Shown here: positions 10,322-20,434 of the stretch, one piece after another
Numbering within the stretch: position 1 is the first letter of the stretch
How the letters are laid out: every line of letters starts with the position of its first letter
DNA from: a bacterium
Lineage (GTDB): Bacteria > Electryoneota > JAOADG01
Assembly (NCBI GenBank): GCA_963681965.1
Contig: OY820579.1
Coordinates: 2,112,001 to 2,176,000 of the forward strand
Length of the DNA stretch: 64,000 nt
Reading direction: 5' to 3'
Position numbers and translations under genes: made by a program
The notes under the pieces: model-generated
The model's database searches: none
Told to the model about the DNA's origin: nothing
The model's input: only the letters and a program-made list of their open reading frames with translations

Positions 10322-11353
10322 TTACCGGATCGAAACAGTGGTAAATCGATCGTGTTCGAAATAACCGCGATCGGTGATATAACCGGTCACCCAGTCGTTG
10401 GGCGTAACGTCAAATGCCGGATTCCAGACTGCTGGTTGTTGCAGTTCGGGAAACCGGGTAGCCTGTAATACTTCGGTCGAGTGTCGTAGCTCGATCGGAA
10501 TTAAGTTCCCATTCGCCATTTCCGGGTCGATCGTTGACCACGGGAATGCCGTATAAAACTTCACACCAGCGTGTTTTGCCATCCCGGCGAGACCACAAGT
10601 GCCGATTTTATTCGCAAAATCGCCATTCACCGTGACCCGGTCGGCACCAACGACGATTGCATCGAGTCGGGTGGTCCGGATGAGCGAAGCTGCAGCAGTG
10701 TCCGGAATAAGCGTTACCGGGATACCCCATTGCTGTAATTCCCACACCGTCAGTCGAGCACCTTGTCGCAATGGACCAGTTTCGGTCGCAAATACCTGAA
10801 GTGCTTTGCCCTGTTCTTTCACGGCATACAGGATGATACCCAAAGCTGTACCAATACCGCCAGTAGCAAGTGGTCCGGTATTGCAATGAGTCAGTACTGT
10901 ACCATTAGACGGCAGAAGATCGGCACCGTTGCGCGCAATCGACCAACAAGCCTCGATTTCGTATCGATGTAGCGCGATCGCTTCCTGTAATGCTATTTCG
11001 AAAGCGTTCTCGTCCGAATGCGCTGCGATCTTTATTAATAGCCGGTCGATAGCATTCATCAAATTTACTGCTGTCGGGCGTACTTGAGCAATTTGCCGAA
11101 TCCGACCTAATTGGTCGGAGGTAAGTTCTTTACAGTGCAGGTTCGACCACGGTCGAAGCGCTAGAGCAGCAGCGTAAAGTGCTGCAATTCCAATCAGTGG
11201 TGCCCCGCGGATTGCCAAAGTCTTGATTGCCGCTTCGATTTCTTCGACGCGATCACTCTGCCGATAGCACAGTTCCGTCGGTAAAAGCGTCTGATCGATC
11301 CAGCGTACTTTTCCATCACGCCATTCGATCGGTTGATACGTCGGTTCGATCAC
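10322..11353 (-). CDS. mtnA: S-methyl-5-thioribose-1-phosphate isomerase
   Basis: IRGAP, RPTAVNL, THCNTGPLAT, ANKIGT, NPAFDVTP. Confidence 0.93.
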   Translation of the reverse strand: MIEPTYQPIEWRDGKVRWIDQTLLPTELCYRQSDRVEEIEAAIKTLAIRGAPLIGIAALYAAALALRPWSNLHCKELTSDQLGRIRQIAQVRPTAVNLMNAIDRLLIKIAAHSDENAFEIALQEAIALHRYEIEACWSIARNGADLLPSNGTVLTHCNTGPLATGGIGTALGIILYAVKEQGKALQVFATETGPLRQGARLTVWELQQWGIPVTLIPDTAAASLIRTTRLDAIVVGADRVTVNGDFANKIGTCGLAGMAKHAGVKFYTAFPWSTIDPEMANGNLIPIELRHSTEVLQATRFPELQQPAVWNPAFDVTPNDWVTGYITDRGYFEHDRFTTVSIR

Positions 11354-12264
11354 GGAACGCGTACTGCCTCGATCAGCTTTGCTTCTGACGCAGCTAACTC
11401 TTCCGGAGTTACTGTAACCAAACGATCCAGTCCGAAGGCTTGAACCGTGAAGCTCGCTACCACTGTTCCGGATATGAGCGCGCGCCGGAATGCCGTATTG
11501 TCAAGCGTTCCTTCCATCGCCAACCGACCCATAAAACCACCACCAAACGAATCGCCGGCGCCGGTTGGATCGATCACTTCCTCGATCGGCAGGGCGGGGA
11601 GGGCGAAGTAATCGCCATTCGAGTGGTACATCGTCGCGCCATGTTCGCCGCGCTTGACAATCACCAGTTGCGGACCCCACTCATACAACTTCTTGACCGC
11701 TTTCGGAATGCTCATGATCCCGGTCAATTGCCGGATTTCTTCGTCGTTCAGTACAATTGCATCGACTTTTGCAATTACCTTTCGCAACCCTTCCAATCGA
11801 ATATTGATCCAAAGATTCATCGTATCGAGGACCACGAATTTCGGGCGTTCGATCTGTTCCAGCACCATCAACTGCAATTCGGGAAGAATATTACCCAGAA
11901 ATAGTAGATCGGAGTTTTTCAAATGATCGGGAATCTTCGGTTCGAAGGTTTCGAAGGAATTGAGTTCGGTGAACAGCGTTTCGCGTTTCAGAAAATCTTT
12001 GTCGTAGCGACCGCCCCAGCGGAAGGTAAGCCCCTCGGAAATTTCTAAACCGGATAGATCGGCTTTGCGTTTTGCGAGGAATTCCAATTTCCGGTGTGGA
12101 AAATCTTTGCCGACGATCGAAACGATCGATACCGGTGCGAACAGCGAGGCACCGGCAGCAAAGTATAACGACGATCCACCGACACAATCGTCGGCTCTTC
12201 CGGTAGCGGTTTCGATTGTATCGAGTGCCGCGGATCCTACTACTACAATCGAGTTCATACTCAA
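11350..12264 (-). CDS. PfkB/ribokinase-family kinase
   Basis: VKRGEHGA and DPTGAGDSF PfkB signature. Confidence 0.92.
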   Translation of the reverse strand: MSMNSIVVVGSAALDTIETATGRADDCVGGSSLYFAAGASLFAPVSIVSIVGKDFPHRKLEFLAKRKADLSGLEISEGLTFRWGGRYDKDFLKRETLFTELNSFETFEPKIPDHLKNSDLLFLGNILPELQLMVLEQIERPKFVVLDTMNLWINIRLEGLRKVIAKVDAIVLNDEEIRQLTGIMSIPKAVKKLYEWGPQLVIVKRGEHGATMYHSNGDYFALPALPIEEVIDPTGAGDSFGGGFMGRLAMEGTLDNTAFRRALISGTVVASFTVQAFGLDRLVTVTPEELAASEAKLIEAVRVP

Positions 12265-12283
12265 TTCCTATAGTGGTTGTAAA

Positions 12284-13939
12284 CTACATCTGTTCTGGAG
12301 CGTTAATGCCTAGTAAATCCAAACCATCTGCGAGAATTTTCTTCACGGAAAGCAACAGCAATACCCGTGCAGACATTAAATCCCGTTCTTGTCCCAGTAC
12401 CCGGTGATGATGATAAAACTTGTGAAATACACCCGCCAGTTCCGTTAAATATCCCGTCAGATTATTCGGATCGAGTGCCTGTACGCAGCGATCCAGTACG
12501 ATCGGATATTCCATTAATTTCCGAATCACGGCTCGGGTTTCATCTTCCGATAACAATTCGATGAAGCGATCCTGCCAAACGTAATCCGCCTCGGACCCAG
12601 CCTGTAACTGTCGTAAAATCGAACAGATCCGCGCGTGCGCATATTGCACGTAGAATGCCGGATTCTCTTCACTCTGCTGCTTTGCCAATTCCTGATCGAA
12701 ATCGAGCGGTGTCGAGAATTTTCGCTGCAAAAAGAAGTAGCGTGCTACATCGACCGCGGTTGCGTTATCGCCTAATTCTTCGAGCAAATCTTCCAGCGTA
12801 ACCAATTCGCCGGCACGCTTCGACATCTTCACCGCTTCACCGCCGCGCATCAAATTCACTTGCTGGATCAATCGGATTTCGTGAAAGTCGTCCGGGATGT
12901 CGAGCATCCGCAATGCCGCTTTCATCCGTGCGATCGAGCCGTGATGATCGGGACCGAGGAAGTTGATCGAGCGGTTGAAACCGCGATTGTACTTGTCGAG
13001 ATGATAGGCGATATCGGGCAGAAAATAGGTCGGTCGACCTTGCGAGGTTACCACGACACGGTCTTTGTCGTCCAAGCCATCGGCAGTTGTGCGAAGAAAT
13101 TGTGCACCGTCCTGCTCGTAGACATATCCTTTTGTACGAAGCGTTTCGAGCGTAGTCCACTCTGCTTTCGCTTTTCGCAGCGTCGTCTCTTTGAACCAGT
13201 GCTGATAGTTGACGCGATATTTTTCCAGTGTATTTCGGGCAGCGGCAACCATCTGATCGATCGCCCAGTTGCCGATACTTTCCGGATCAGTGTCGGATAA
13301 TCCTTCGGCAATCGCTTTCTTCGCCAGATCGACGACATAACTTCCGCGATACCCTTCTTCGGGAATTTCCGCCGCTTCACCGCGCTCCTGCTTCATTCGC
13401 GCGACAACCGATTCACCGAACAGACGCACTTGATTGCCCGCATCGTTGATGTAATATTCGCGGTGCGCAACTTGCCCCTGCGATTCGATGATCCGCGCGA
13501 GTGCATCGCCAATCGCCGCCGCGCGCGCCGAAACGATATTCAACGGACCAGTCGGATTTGCCGAAACGAATTCCAGCAACCACCGTTTACAATTTTCAGT
13601 TTGAGGTAGATGTCCGAACGGGAGTTCGTGTTCAAGGATAGAATGGAGAATTCCGGCGAAGGCGTCTTGTCGCAAACGGAGATTGATAAATCCCGGACCG
13701 GCGACGGTGGCTTCGCTAAATATTTCGTCGGGAATATTCCAGGTTGCGATCAGTTCCGTTGCCAATTCGCGGGGATTTTTCTTGAGTGCTTTCGCCCACA
13801 CCATCGCCGCGTTGGTGGTTAGATCGCCGAATTTTTCTTCACGGGTTACTTCAATGGCAGCTTGGGTCGGATCCGATCCAAGTTGTGCTGCCGAGGCGGC
13901 GATACGTATGCGCAACGCTTCGCGGAAATCATTGATCAT
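12284..13939 (-). CDS. argS: Arginine-tRNA ligase
   Basis: GPGFIN, EFVSANPTGPL, KMSKR, YVQYAHAR, C-terminal APEQM; start chosen at MINDF. Confidence 0.96.
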   Translation of the reverse strand: MINDFREALRIRIAASAAQLGSDPTQAAIEVTREEKFGDLTTNAAMVWAKALKKNPRELATELIATWNIPDEIFSEATVAGPGFINLRLRQDAFAGILHSILEHELPFGHLPQTENCKRWLLEFVSANPTGPLNIVSARAAAIGDALARIIESQGQVAHREYYINDAGNQVRLFGESVVARMKQERGEAAEIPEEGYRGSYVVDLAKKAIAEGLSDTDPESIGNWAIDQMVAAARNTLEKYRVNYQHWFKETTLRKAKAEWTTLETLRTKGYVYEQDGAQFLRTTADGLDDKDRVVVTSQGRPTYFLPDIAYHLDKYNRGFNRSINFLGPDHHGSIARMKAALRMLDIPDDFHEIRLIQQVNLMRGGEAVKMSKRAGELVTLEDLLEELGDNATAVDVARYFFLQRKFSTPLDFDQELAKQQSEENPAFYVQYAHARICSILRQLQAGSEADYVWQDRFIELLSEDETRAVIRKLMEYPIVLDRCVQALDPNNLTGYLTELAGVFHKFYHHHRVLGQERDLMSARVLLLLSVKKILADGLDLLGINAPEQM

Positions 13940-14318
13940 CTTCGGAGGGATCGCTTTTCTTTCGTTTGATCGGTGTGACCGGAATTCGCGGGACATCGCC
14001 CCAGAGCTTTTCCAACTGATAGTAGCGGCGGGATTCCGGACGATAGATGTGAACCACCACATCGCCGTAATCGAGAATGACCCAAGAGAGATTCGTCATC
14101 CCTTCGCGCGACATCGGTCGACGGGGAACCTTGCTCTCGCGCATGGAACGTTCGACAAAATCGGCGAGCGAGCGAACGTGTTGATCGACCGTACCGGTTG
14201 CAATCACAAAAAAGTCCGCAATCTGCGGAACTTTTCGAAGATCCAGGATCGCAATATCGCCCCCTTGTTTTTCATCGATCAGAGTGGCGATTTTTCGAGC
14301 GAATGAGAGTGAAGTCAC
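13929..14318 (-). CDS. rsfS: Ribosome silencing factor
   Basis: DFFVIATG, WVILDYGDVVVHI, RRYYQLEKLWGD. Confidence 0.95.
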   Translation of the reverse strand: MTSLSFARKIATLIDEKQGGDIAILDLRKVPQIADFFVIATGTVDQHVRSLADFVERSMRESKVPRRPMSREGMTNLSWVILDYGDVVVHIYRPESRRYYQLEKLWGDVPRIPVTPIKRKKSDPSEDDQ

Positions 14319-14436
14319 AATTCTCCATAATTGAATGACAAAAACAAACGGCAGTTTCGCTAAGCTTGTTCAATATAGTGAAAAGCTGCGGTCGCTGCCG
14401 GATATGTTTTGCGATACAAGACTTTTGTAAATCGAA

Positions 14437-14955
14437 TTAACGCTCCGTGCCCGGAACGCTATTTACCCCCGGAACGACGTCGAACATCCGGTCGTTATCC
14501 CAACCAAAATGGTCGAATCGGTCGGATCCGGTAGAATACAGGTTGCGCGAGAAGGTGGCGGAAATCCAGACATTTTGTTTCGGTTGCCAGTTGAAACCGA
14601 CCATACCGCAGGGAGTACCGCCGGTTTGACCGCCGGGAAGGGTATTCATCGCGGTTCCGCCGTACCCAACGGCACCAATCCATTGAAATTTCGGATTGAC
14701 CTGATATGTCATTGTATTCAAGTACAGCGCCGATAGCGAATTCCCCGAATTACTCGACGAGTACCCGGACGAAAAATTGTGATTCATCCGCAGTTTCGAC
14801 ACATCGAGCAATCCTGAATACTTCAATGGAATACCGAGCGTGACGGGAGTGACTCCGCCGAGGGTCGCATTCGAAGCCGGTTTGCGATATTGTGCAAACA
14901 CCGTTGTCGCAATTACCAGAAGTAACGCCAACAAAATCATGCCAACCCGTTTCAT
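14437..14955 (-). CDS. Hypothetical exported protein
   Basis: Clear signal peptide; lies in the operon with short spacing. Confidence 0.7.
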   Translation of the reverse strand: MKRVGMILLALLLVIATTVFAQYRKPASNATLGGVTPVTLGIPLKYSGLLDVSKLRMNHNFSSGYSSSNSGNSLSALYLNTMTYQVNPKFQWIGAVGYGGTAMNTLPGGQTGGTPCGMVGFNWQPKQNVWISATFSRNLYSTGSDRFDHFGWDNDRMFDVVPGVNSVPGTER

Positions 14956-14958
14956 GGT

Positions 14959-15717
14959 CTATTTCCTTAACAATCGCTCCGACTGGATTGCCTCGAGTGT
15001 GGCAAGCTGTTCGAGCGTGTTGACCCCTTCGACTTCATAGCTATCGTGTGTCTCGGTGGTGGCGACTTTCATTCCGGAATCGACTGCGGATTTAACCACA
15101 TCGGTCAGGTAATATTCACCCTGAGCATTGTCCGGCTTCAGTCGTGTTAACTCTTTCCACAACCATCGAGCCTGAAAAATATAGATGCCGCTGTTCACTT
15201 CGTCGACTGCGAGTTCATCGGGAGTGGCGTCTTTAGCTTCAACGATTTTTTTGATCTGTTGGTTCCCATCGCGGATGATCCTGCCGTATGCGCCCGGATT
15301 GGACGTACGGAAGGTCAACACCGACGCGACGGCGCCCGATTTCTCGTGTGCATACCGTAAGTTGCTGACAGTTTTCGACGAAAGCAATGGTACATCGCCG
15401 GATAAAACTAAAATGTCGCCCATGTAGCGATGATGAATTGATCGCTTCGCGGACAACACGGCGTCGCCGGTACCGCGTTGATCCCATTGCACTGCGAACC
15501 AGGCATCGGTCGAAGACATTTCCTGCATCACCTGCTGGCGTCCGTGTCCAACCACGATCACGATGCGTTCCGAACCGACTTGCAGGGCGGTGTCCCAAAC
15601 CCAGCGGATCAGCGGTTTGTTGTTCAATTTATGGAGAACTTTCGGCAGCGAAGACTTCATCCGTTTCCCTTCGCCTGCCGCCAAAATGATTGTTCGTAAA
15701 GGATTAGTAGAGATCAT
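14959..15717 (-). CDS. GlmU-like sugar-phosphate nucleotidyltransferase (N-terminal domain only)
   Basis: ILAAGEGKRMKS-LPKVLH, QRGTG, GDVPL, NAQGEYYLTD; no hexapeptide domain. Confidence 0.9.
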   Translation of the reverse strand: MISTNPLRTIILAAGEGKRMKSSLPKVLHKLNNKPLIRWVWDTALQVGSERIVIVVGHGRQQVMQEMSSTDAWFAVQWDQRGTGDAVLSAKRSIHHRYMGDILVLSGDVPLLSSKTVSNLRYAHEKSGAVASVLTFRTSNPGAYGRIIRDGNQQIKKIVEAKDATPDELAVDEVNSGIYIFQARWLWKELTRLKPDNAQGEYYLTDVVKSAVDSGMKVATTETHDSYEVEGVNTLEQLATLEAIQSERLLRK

Positions 15718-15720
15718 AGT

Positions 15721-16575
15721 TTAATGTTTCAATTCTGCTGTAGACACATTATCGATCAATCGAGTGGTACCGAACCGAACTGCTCCTACCGCGCGGATCG
15801 CACGCGGCGGTGTGGGAGTGCCGAAAGTTTCATCGTCTACGAAGGTTAAATAATCGATTCGATCGGGAGAATATGCGGAAATTGTTTCATACATCTTGCG
15901 TTCTGCTGCCGCTACGGGATCCCCTCCCAGCAGTGATCGAAGTCCTGCATTCAAGCTAACATATAAACCGAGAGCACGGCTTCGTTCGTCAGGCGAAAGA
16001 TACCGGTTTCGTGAGGAACATGCAAGCCCGTCGGTTTCGCGAATGGTCGGTGCAATTTCAATTACCGTAGGAATTGCAAAGTCTTGCACGATATGTTTAA
16101 TAACAAAGCATTGTTGGGCGTCTTTCTGTCCGAATACCGCAACATCAGGTTGTACGATTCCAAAGAGACGGACGACGACGGTTGCCACTCCCTGAAAATG
16201 TCCGGGACGGAACGCCCCTTCCAGAATTGTTCCGACGGGACCGGGGTCGATGCTGCTGGATGCCCCTTTCGGGTAAATCTCCTCGACGGCGGGGGCGAAT
16301 ACCCAGTCGCACGGCACGTCGGACAGAGTGTGGAGGTCAGCATCCAGTGTCCGGGGGTATTTGTTGAAATCCTCGCCCGGCAGAAATTGGGTCGGATTGA
16401 CGAAAATCGATACTCCGACGTTGTCGCAGTGCTGTTTTGCGAATTCGACCAGCGAGCGGTGACCGATGTGCAACGCACCCATCGTCGGTACGAAACCGAT
16501 TTTCTGGTCTGTTTGCCGGACACCACCGAGATAGTGCCGCAATTCGGTGATCGTGTGGAAGAGTTTGGGTGTCAT
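15721..16575 (-). CDS. panC: Pantoate-beta-alanine ligase
   Basis: PTMGALHIGH, SIFVNPTQF, RPGHFQGV, FGQKD, SSRNRYL, RLIDN. Confidence 0.97.
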   Translation of the reverse strand: MTPKLFHTITELRHYLGGVRQTDQKIGFVPTMGALHIGHRSLVEFAKQHCDNVGVSIFVNPTQFLPGEDFNKYPRTLDADLHTLSDVPCDWVFAPAVEEIYPKGASSSIDPGPVGTILEGAFRPGHFQGVATVVVRLFGIVQPDVAVFGQKDAQQCFVIKHIVQDFAIPTVIEIAPTIRETDGLACSSRNRYLSPDERSRALGLYVSLNAGLRSLLGGDPVAAAERKMYETISAYSPDRIDYLTFVDDETFGTPTPPRAIRAVGAVRFGTTRLIDNVSTAELKH

Positions 16576-17242
16576 GAGACCTGTCGATTTTAACTAGGGA
16601 ATAATATAAGGGATTTCACTAAGCCATTGCCAAGATGAGTTCAAAATATAAGTTTAAAAAAAATCAGTAAGTTGGAACTCAATGAATAACTTAAATTCTT
16701 CAACAATAGTTGATTTAGACTTTTGAAAGATTAAATTAAGAGTGCGATAATTTTGGTATGCTTAATCATTGCCTGAATCGAATCTCTAAAAAAATTGGAG
16801 TTGAAAAATGGAAGAATCGTTAAAACCAAAAGATCTTCTTGAGGTGACTCAAGGTGTCTTGAAAGAAATTCCAGTCTATCAAGATTTGCTTCAACCTACT
16901 GTTAAAGAAGTAGGAAATGCATTATGTTCTGCAGTTAAATTAGCTCTTTTACCATTAAAAGGGTTGATTTGGGGTTATGATAAAATTGAAGATTATTTGA
17001 TGTCTTCGATCACGAAAAAGCTTGAGAAAGTTCCTCCAGAGAAGATTATTACTCCCGATCCGCATGTTGTTGGTCCTGCAATTGAAGCCTTGAAATATAC
17101 TGCTCAAAATCCAAATTTGCGTGAAATGTTTTCGAGCCTAATTGCATCTTCAATGGATCCATCAATGAGGTGGTACCCTCAGTTTGGACAGTTTTGTGCG
17201 AATCTTAGTTAGATTGCACCGCCCACTGTCTGCTGTTTCTTG

Positions 17243-18058
17243 TCAGGCAGCTGCCTGACAAGAAAGATTTCTTAGACTATCGGTGTAGACTTCATCTGGG
17301 GTTTGATAGCCCAAGCCTTGGTGCGAACGTTCGCTGTTGTAGAACGAAAAATACTCACCGATGCTACGCTCTGCAATGCGAACTGAATCGTACCCTTTCA
17401 AGTATACTTCCTCGTACTTCAACGACTTCCACAACCGTTCGACAAAACGGTTATCCATCCACCGACCTTTACCATCCATACTGATCCGAACGCCTGCCTC
17501 TTTCAAAACATCCGTAAATGCGATGCTGGTAAACTGACACCCTTGATCGCTGTTGAAGATCTCAGGCTTCCCATACTTCGACAACGCATCCTTCAATGCT
17601 TCCACACAGGAATGCGTATCCAGCGTATTCGAAAGTCGCCACGACAGTACTTTCCGGCTGTACCAATCGATCACCGCCACCAGATACACAAAACCCCGAG
17701 CCAATGGGATGTACGTGATATCGGTTGCCCACACTTGATTCGCCCGATCTACCACAATATCGCGAAGCAAGTACGGATAAATCTTGTGTTCCTTGTCAGG
17801 AACCGTCGTACGCGGCTTGCGGTACAATGCTTCCAGACCGAGGAGGCGCAGCAGGGAACGAACCTTTTTCCGTCCAACGTCGATGCCCTGCTTCGATAAC
17901 TCCACCACCAGTTTACGAGCACCGTAGAACGGAACTTTCAGATGAAGCTCATCCAATGTTCGCAACAGCATCAACTCGGTCGAATCAAGCGGAACCGGAC
18001 GATAGTAGAAACTGCTGCGTGGAATCTGGATCAAAGAACACTGCTGAACCACCGGCAA
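17243..18058 (-). CDS. IS3 transposase OrfB (DDE)
   Basis: [28 protein letters not shown]. Confidence 0.95.
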   Translation of the reverse strand: MPVVQQCSLIQIPRSSFYYRPVPLDSTELMLLRTLDELHLKVPFYGARKLVVELSKQGIDVGRKKVRSLLRLLGLEALYRKPRTTVPDKEHKIYPYLLRDIVVDRANQVWATDITYIPLARGFVYLVAVIDWYSRKVLSWRLSNTLDTHSCVEALKDALSKYGKPEIFNSDQGCQFTSIAFTDVLKEAGVRISMDGKGRWMDNRFVERLWKSLKYEEVYLKGYDSVRIAERSIGEYFSFYNSERSHQGLGYQTPDEVYTDSLRNLSCQAAA

Positions 18059-18075
18059 ACTGGCACCAGGATCGA

Positions 18076-18378
18076 TCAGCGCTTCACGCTCAGAACGCCC
18101 AAGCGACTGAGCCCCCGTGACAAAAAATCGTTCTCCATCGTTAACTGGCCAATCTTGGCGCGAAGCTCCTTAAGGTCTACTTCTTCACTTCCTGACGACT
18201 CGGTCTTGCCAAACACCGATGCAGCATGATCCAAAAGCTGCCTCTTCCACTGGCTGATCTGATTCGGATGAACCTGATACATACTCGCCAGTTCCGATAC
18301 CGTCTTTTCACCCTTGAGGGCTGCTAATGCTACCTTCGCCTTGAAATCAGGCGATAAGGTCCGTCGTAATCCCGACAT
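18076..18378 (-). CDS. IS3 transposase OrfA (HTH)
   Basis: FKAKVAL...VHPNQISQWK...ENDFL, with a T-run probable frameshift site. Confidence 0.92.
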   Translation of the reverse strand: MSGLRRTLSPDFKAKVALAALKGEKTVSELASMYQVHPNQISQWKRQLLDHAASVFGKTESSGSEEVDLKELRAKIGQLTMENDFLSRGLSRLGVLSVKR

Positions 18379-18913
18379 TGTAAACTCCCTGCTTGCTGTC
18401 AAAATATCGGGCAAAGCAATCTAACTAACAAACTGTCCAGGAAAACGGGACCACTTCACAACTGCGGGATTAGTACATCCAGCATTTATAGATTTAATAA
18501 AAAATATGACTTCCGACGAAGCAAGAATATTAACAAGTTTTCGAGGAACAACACCATTTATTGAAGTTCGATTTAGAAAATTAGATTTATCTGATTATAG
18601 TTATAATGTGATCGAAAAATACTTTGGTTTTTCAGAACAAAAAGAAGTGTGTTTAAAAATTGAAAATTTTGATAGTTATTTAGATAATCTTTGTAGGATG
18701 CGCTTGATTGAAATTCCATTTGACAGTTCATTAGCCGATAAGACCGAATATGAAAGATTGAAAATTATCGCATATGAAAAGTATAATAACAATATACCTA
18801 TAGGAAAACGAGTAGATTATACAGATAAAATGCTATTAATCACTTCTTTTGGGAAGGACTTTTTAGCAGTTTGCATTCGCAATTGAAATAATTTCACCGA
18901 GATCATCAAAAAT

Positions 18914-18946
18914 AACCCCGGGCACAAATAAATGTGCTCGGGGTTT
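18914..18946. terminator. Bidirectional terminator between convergent genes
   Basis: ACCCCGGGCACA-aataaa-TGTGCTCGGGGT with A/T flanks. Confidence 0.75.
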
Positions 18947-18967
18947 ATACTTACGAAATAACCGAGC

Positions 18968-20434
18968 TTAGAACTTCACTTGCTCGATCTTGGTGTTCGG
19001 GATGCCGAGCATATTGATCTGCTGCTTCGACTTCTCGTTGTTGCCGACGATAATGCATAGCATGTTGTCGGGATGCATCAAGTCGATCGCGGCATTCTTC
19101 ACATCGCTCTTATTGATCTTGGCAATCTGCATCCGGTATTCTGGAATGGTTTTTGCCGGGAGACCCATCAGGTCGAGCCCAAGAATCTGGCTCGCGATAT
19201 CGTCCGGGGTTTCAAATCCGAGCGGATAGCTGCCGGTCAAAAACATCTTGGCTTGTTGTAATTCTGCATCGGTCGGACCATCTTTCTGGAAATCTTTGAT
19301 GATGTCCAGAACCGCTTTCACCATTTCTCCGGTCGATTCGACTTTCGTCGAGGTCGAGATACCCATCGGACCGGCAAGTTTGTCCATCCGGAAACCGCCG
19401 CCGATACCGTAGGTCATACCGCGCTTGGAGCGGATTTCTTTCATCATCCGGCAATCGAAATCGCCCGCCATCAGAATCGTTTCCATCACAGTAATCGCAT
19501 AGTAACGCGGATCGTTGCGGTTCACACCCTGATGACCCATGCGGATATTCGATTGAACTGCTTCCGGTTGTTCCAGTAACCGAACTTGGAAGCCCTTCAG
19601 ATTGACATTGGCTTCGGGAACTTGCGGAGGGGGAGTCCCTTTTTTCCAGTCGCCGAACACTTCGGAAATCTTCTTCAACATCGCGGATTTATCGAAATCG
19701 CCGACCACTGCGAGTACCGAATTGTTCGGCATCGAAATCTTCGACCACATCTCCACGACTTTCGCGCGGGTGAATTCGGAGACTGATGCGCTATCGCCTT
19801 CGGTCATGTTGCCCAGTGGATGATCGCCGTAAAGTTCCTTGCGGAACAATGCGCGACCCATTTCATCGGGCTGATCGCGTCGCGCCATGATTTGCGACAA
19901 TGTCTGGAATTTGACACGCTGAACTTCCGCTTCCGGGAACGTCGGTCGCTGTAAAACCGCGCCGAGTAATTCCAGCAACAGATCGCTGTGACGGGAAAGA
20001 CCTTCGGAAGAGGCGTAGATCCACGAAAGATTGGCACCGGCGTTGAGCGAACCACCGACGCTATCGATCAAGGTCGAAATCTGCGTTGCGGTCAGGTCTT
20101 TACCACGGAAAGTGGCACCATCGCGGGTGATGTTTGCGGCAAAGTTGGTAATACCGGCTTGTCCGGCAGGATCATTCAACGAACCGGATTTGATACAGAG
20201 CCGGAACGCGATCGTAGGTAATTTGTGCTGCTCGACCAGATAAACGGTCAAACCGTTCGGTAAGGTCTTCGAAGTGTACTGCGGTAAATTAACCGGCGTG
20301 ACTTTAAGCGAGTCGGTCGGCTTGTATGGAGGTACGACATCGGCTGCCAACGCAGCAGTGAAGATCGATCCCAACAACAGGATCGCGACGGACAGACACC
20401 AGATCGGTCGATTATTCAGGGAGGCGATACGCAT
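18968..20434 (-). CDS. M16 peptidase, non-catalytic subunit
   Basis: Signal peptide, TLPNGL, EIRSKRGMTY; lacks HXXEH. Confidence 0.9.
   Translation of the reverse strand: MRIASLNNRPIWCLSVAILLLGSIFTAALAADVVPPYKPTDSLKVTPVNLPQYTSKTLPNGLTVYLVEQHKLPTIAFRLCIKSGSLNDPAGQAGITNFAANITRDGATFRGKDLTATQISTLIDSVGGSLNAGANLSWIYASSEGLSRHSDLLLELLGAVLQRPTFPEAEVQRVKFQTLSQIMARRDQPDEMGRALFRKELYGDHPLGNMTEGDSASVSEFTRAKVVEMWSKISMPNNSVLAVVGDFDKSAMLKKISEVFGDWKKGTPPPQVPEANVNLKGFQVRLLEQPEAVQSNIRMGHQGVNRNDPRYYAITVMETILMAGDFDCRMMKEIRSKRGMTYGIGGGFRMDKLAGPMGISTSTKVESTGEMVKAVLDIIKDFQKDGPTDAELQQAKMFLTGSYPLGFETPDDIASQILGLDLMGLPAKTIPEYRMQIAKINKSDVKNAAIDLMHPDNMLCIIVGNNEKSKQQINMLGIPNTKIEQVKF

Larger units (their letters stand above)
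17166..18458 (-). mobile_element. IS3-family element, copy 1 (1293 bp, 3-bp target duplication CAA)
   Basis: TG...CA ends; imperfect IRs TGAGGTGGTACCC/TGAAGTGGTCCCG; CAA at 17163-17165 and 18459-18461. Confidence 0.95.
16808..18886 (+). pseudogene. DUF4393 / Abi-alpha family gene interrupted by IS3 (pieces 16808-17165 and 18462-18886)
   Basis: Removing the IS and one CAA duplicate restores the frame: ...LREMFSSLIASSMDPS|TAGLVHPAFIDLIKNMTSDEARIL...; motifs typical of DUF4393. Confidence 0.8.

Noticed and set aside
14959-15717. Truncated glmU pseudogene
   Set aside because: Ends cleanly 3 nt before the next gene; stand-alone uridyltransferase domains are known
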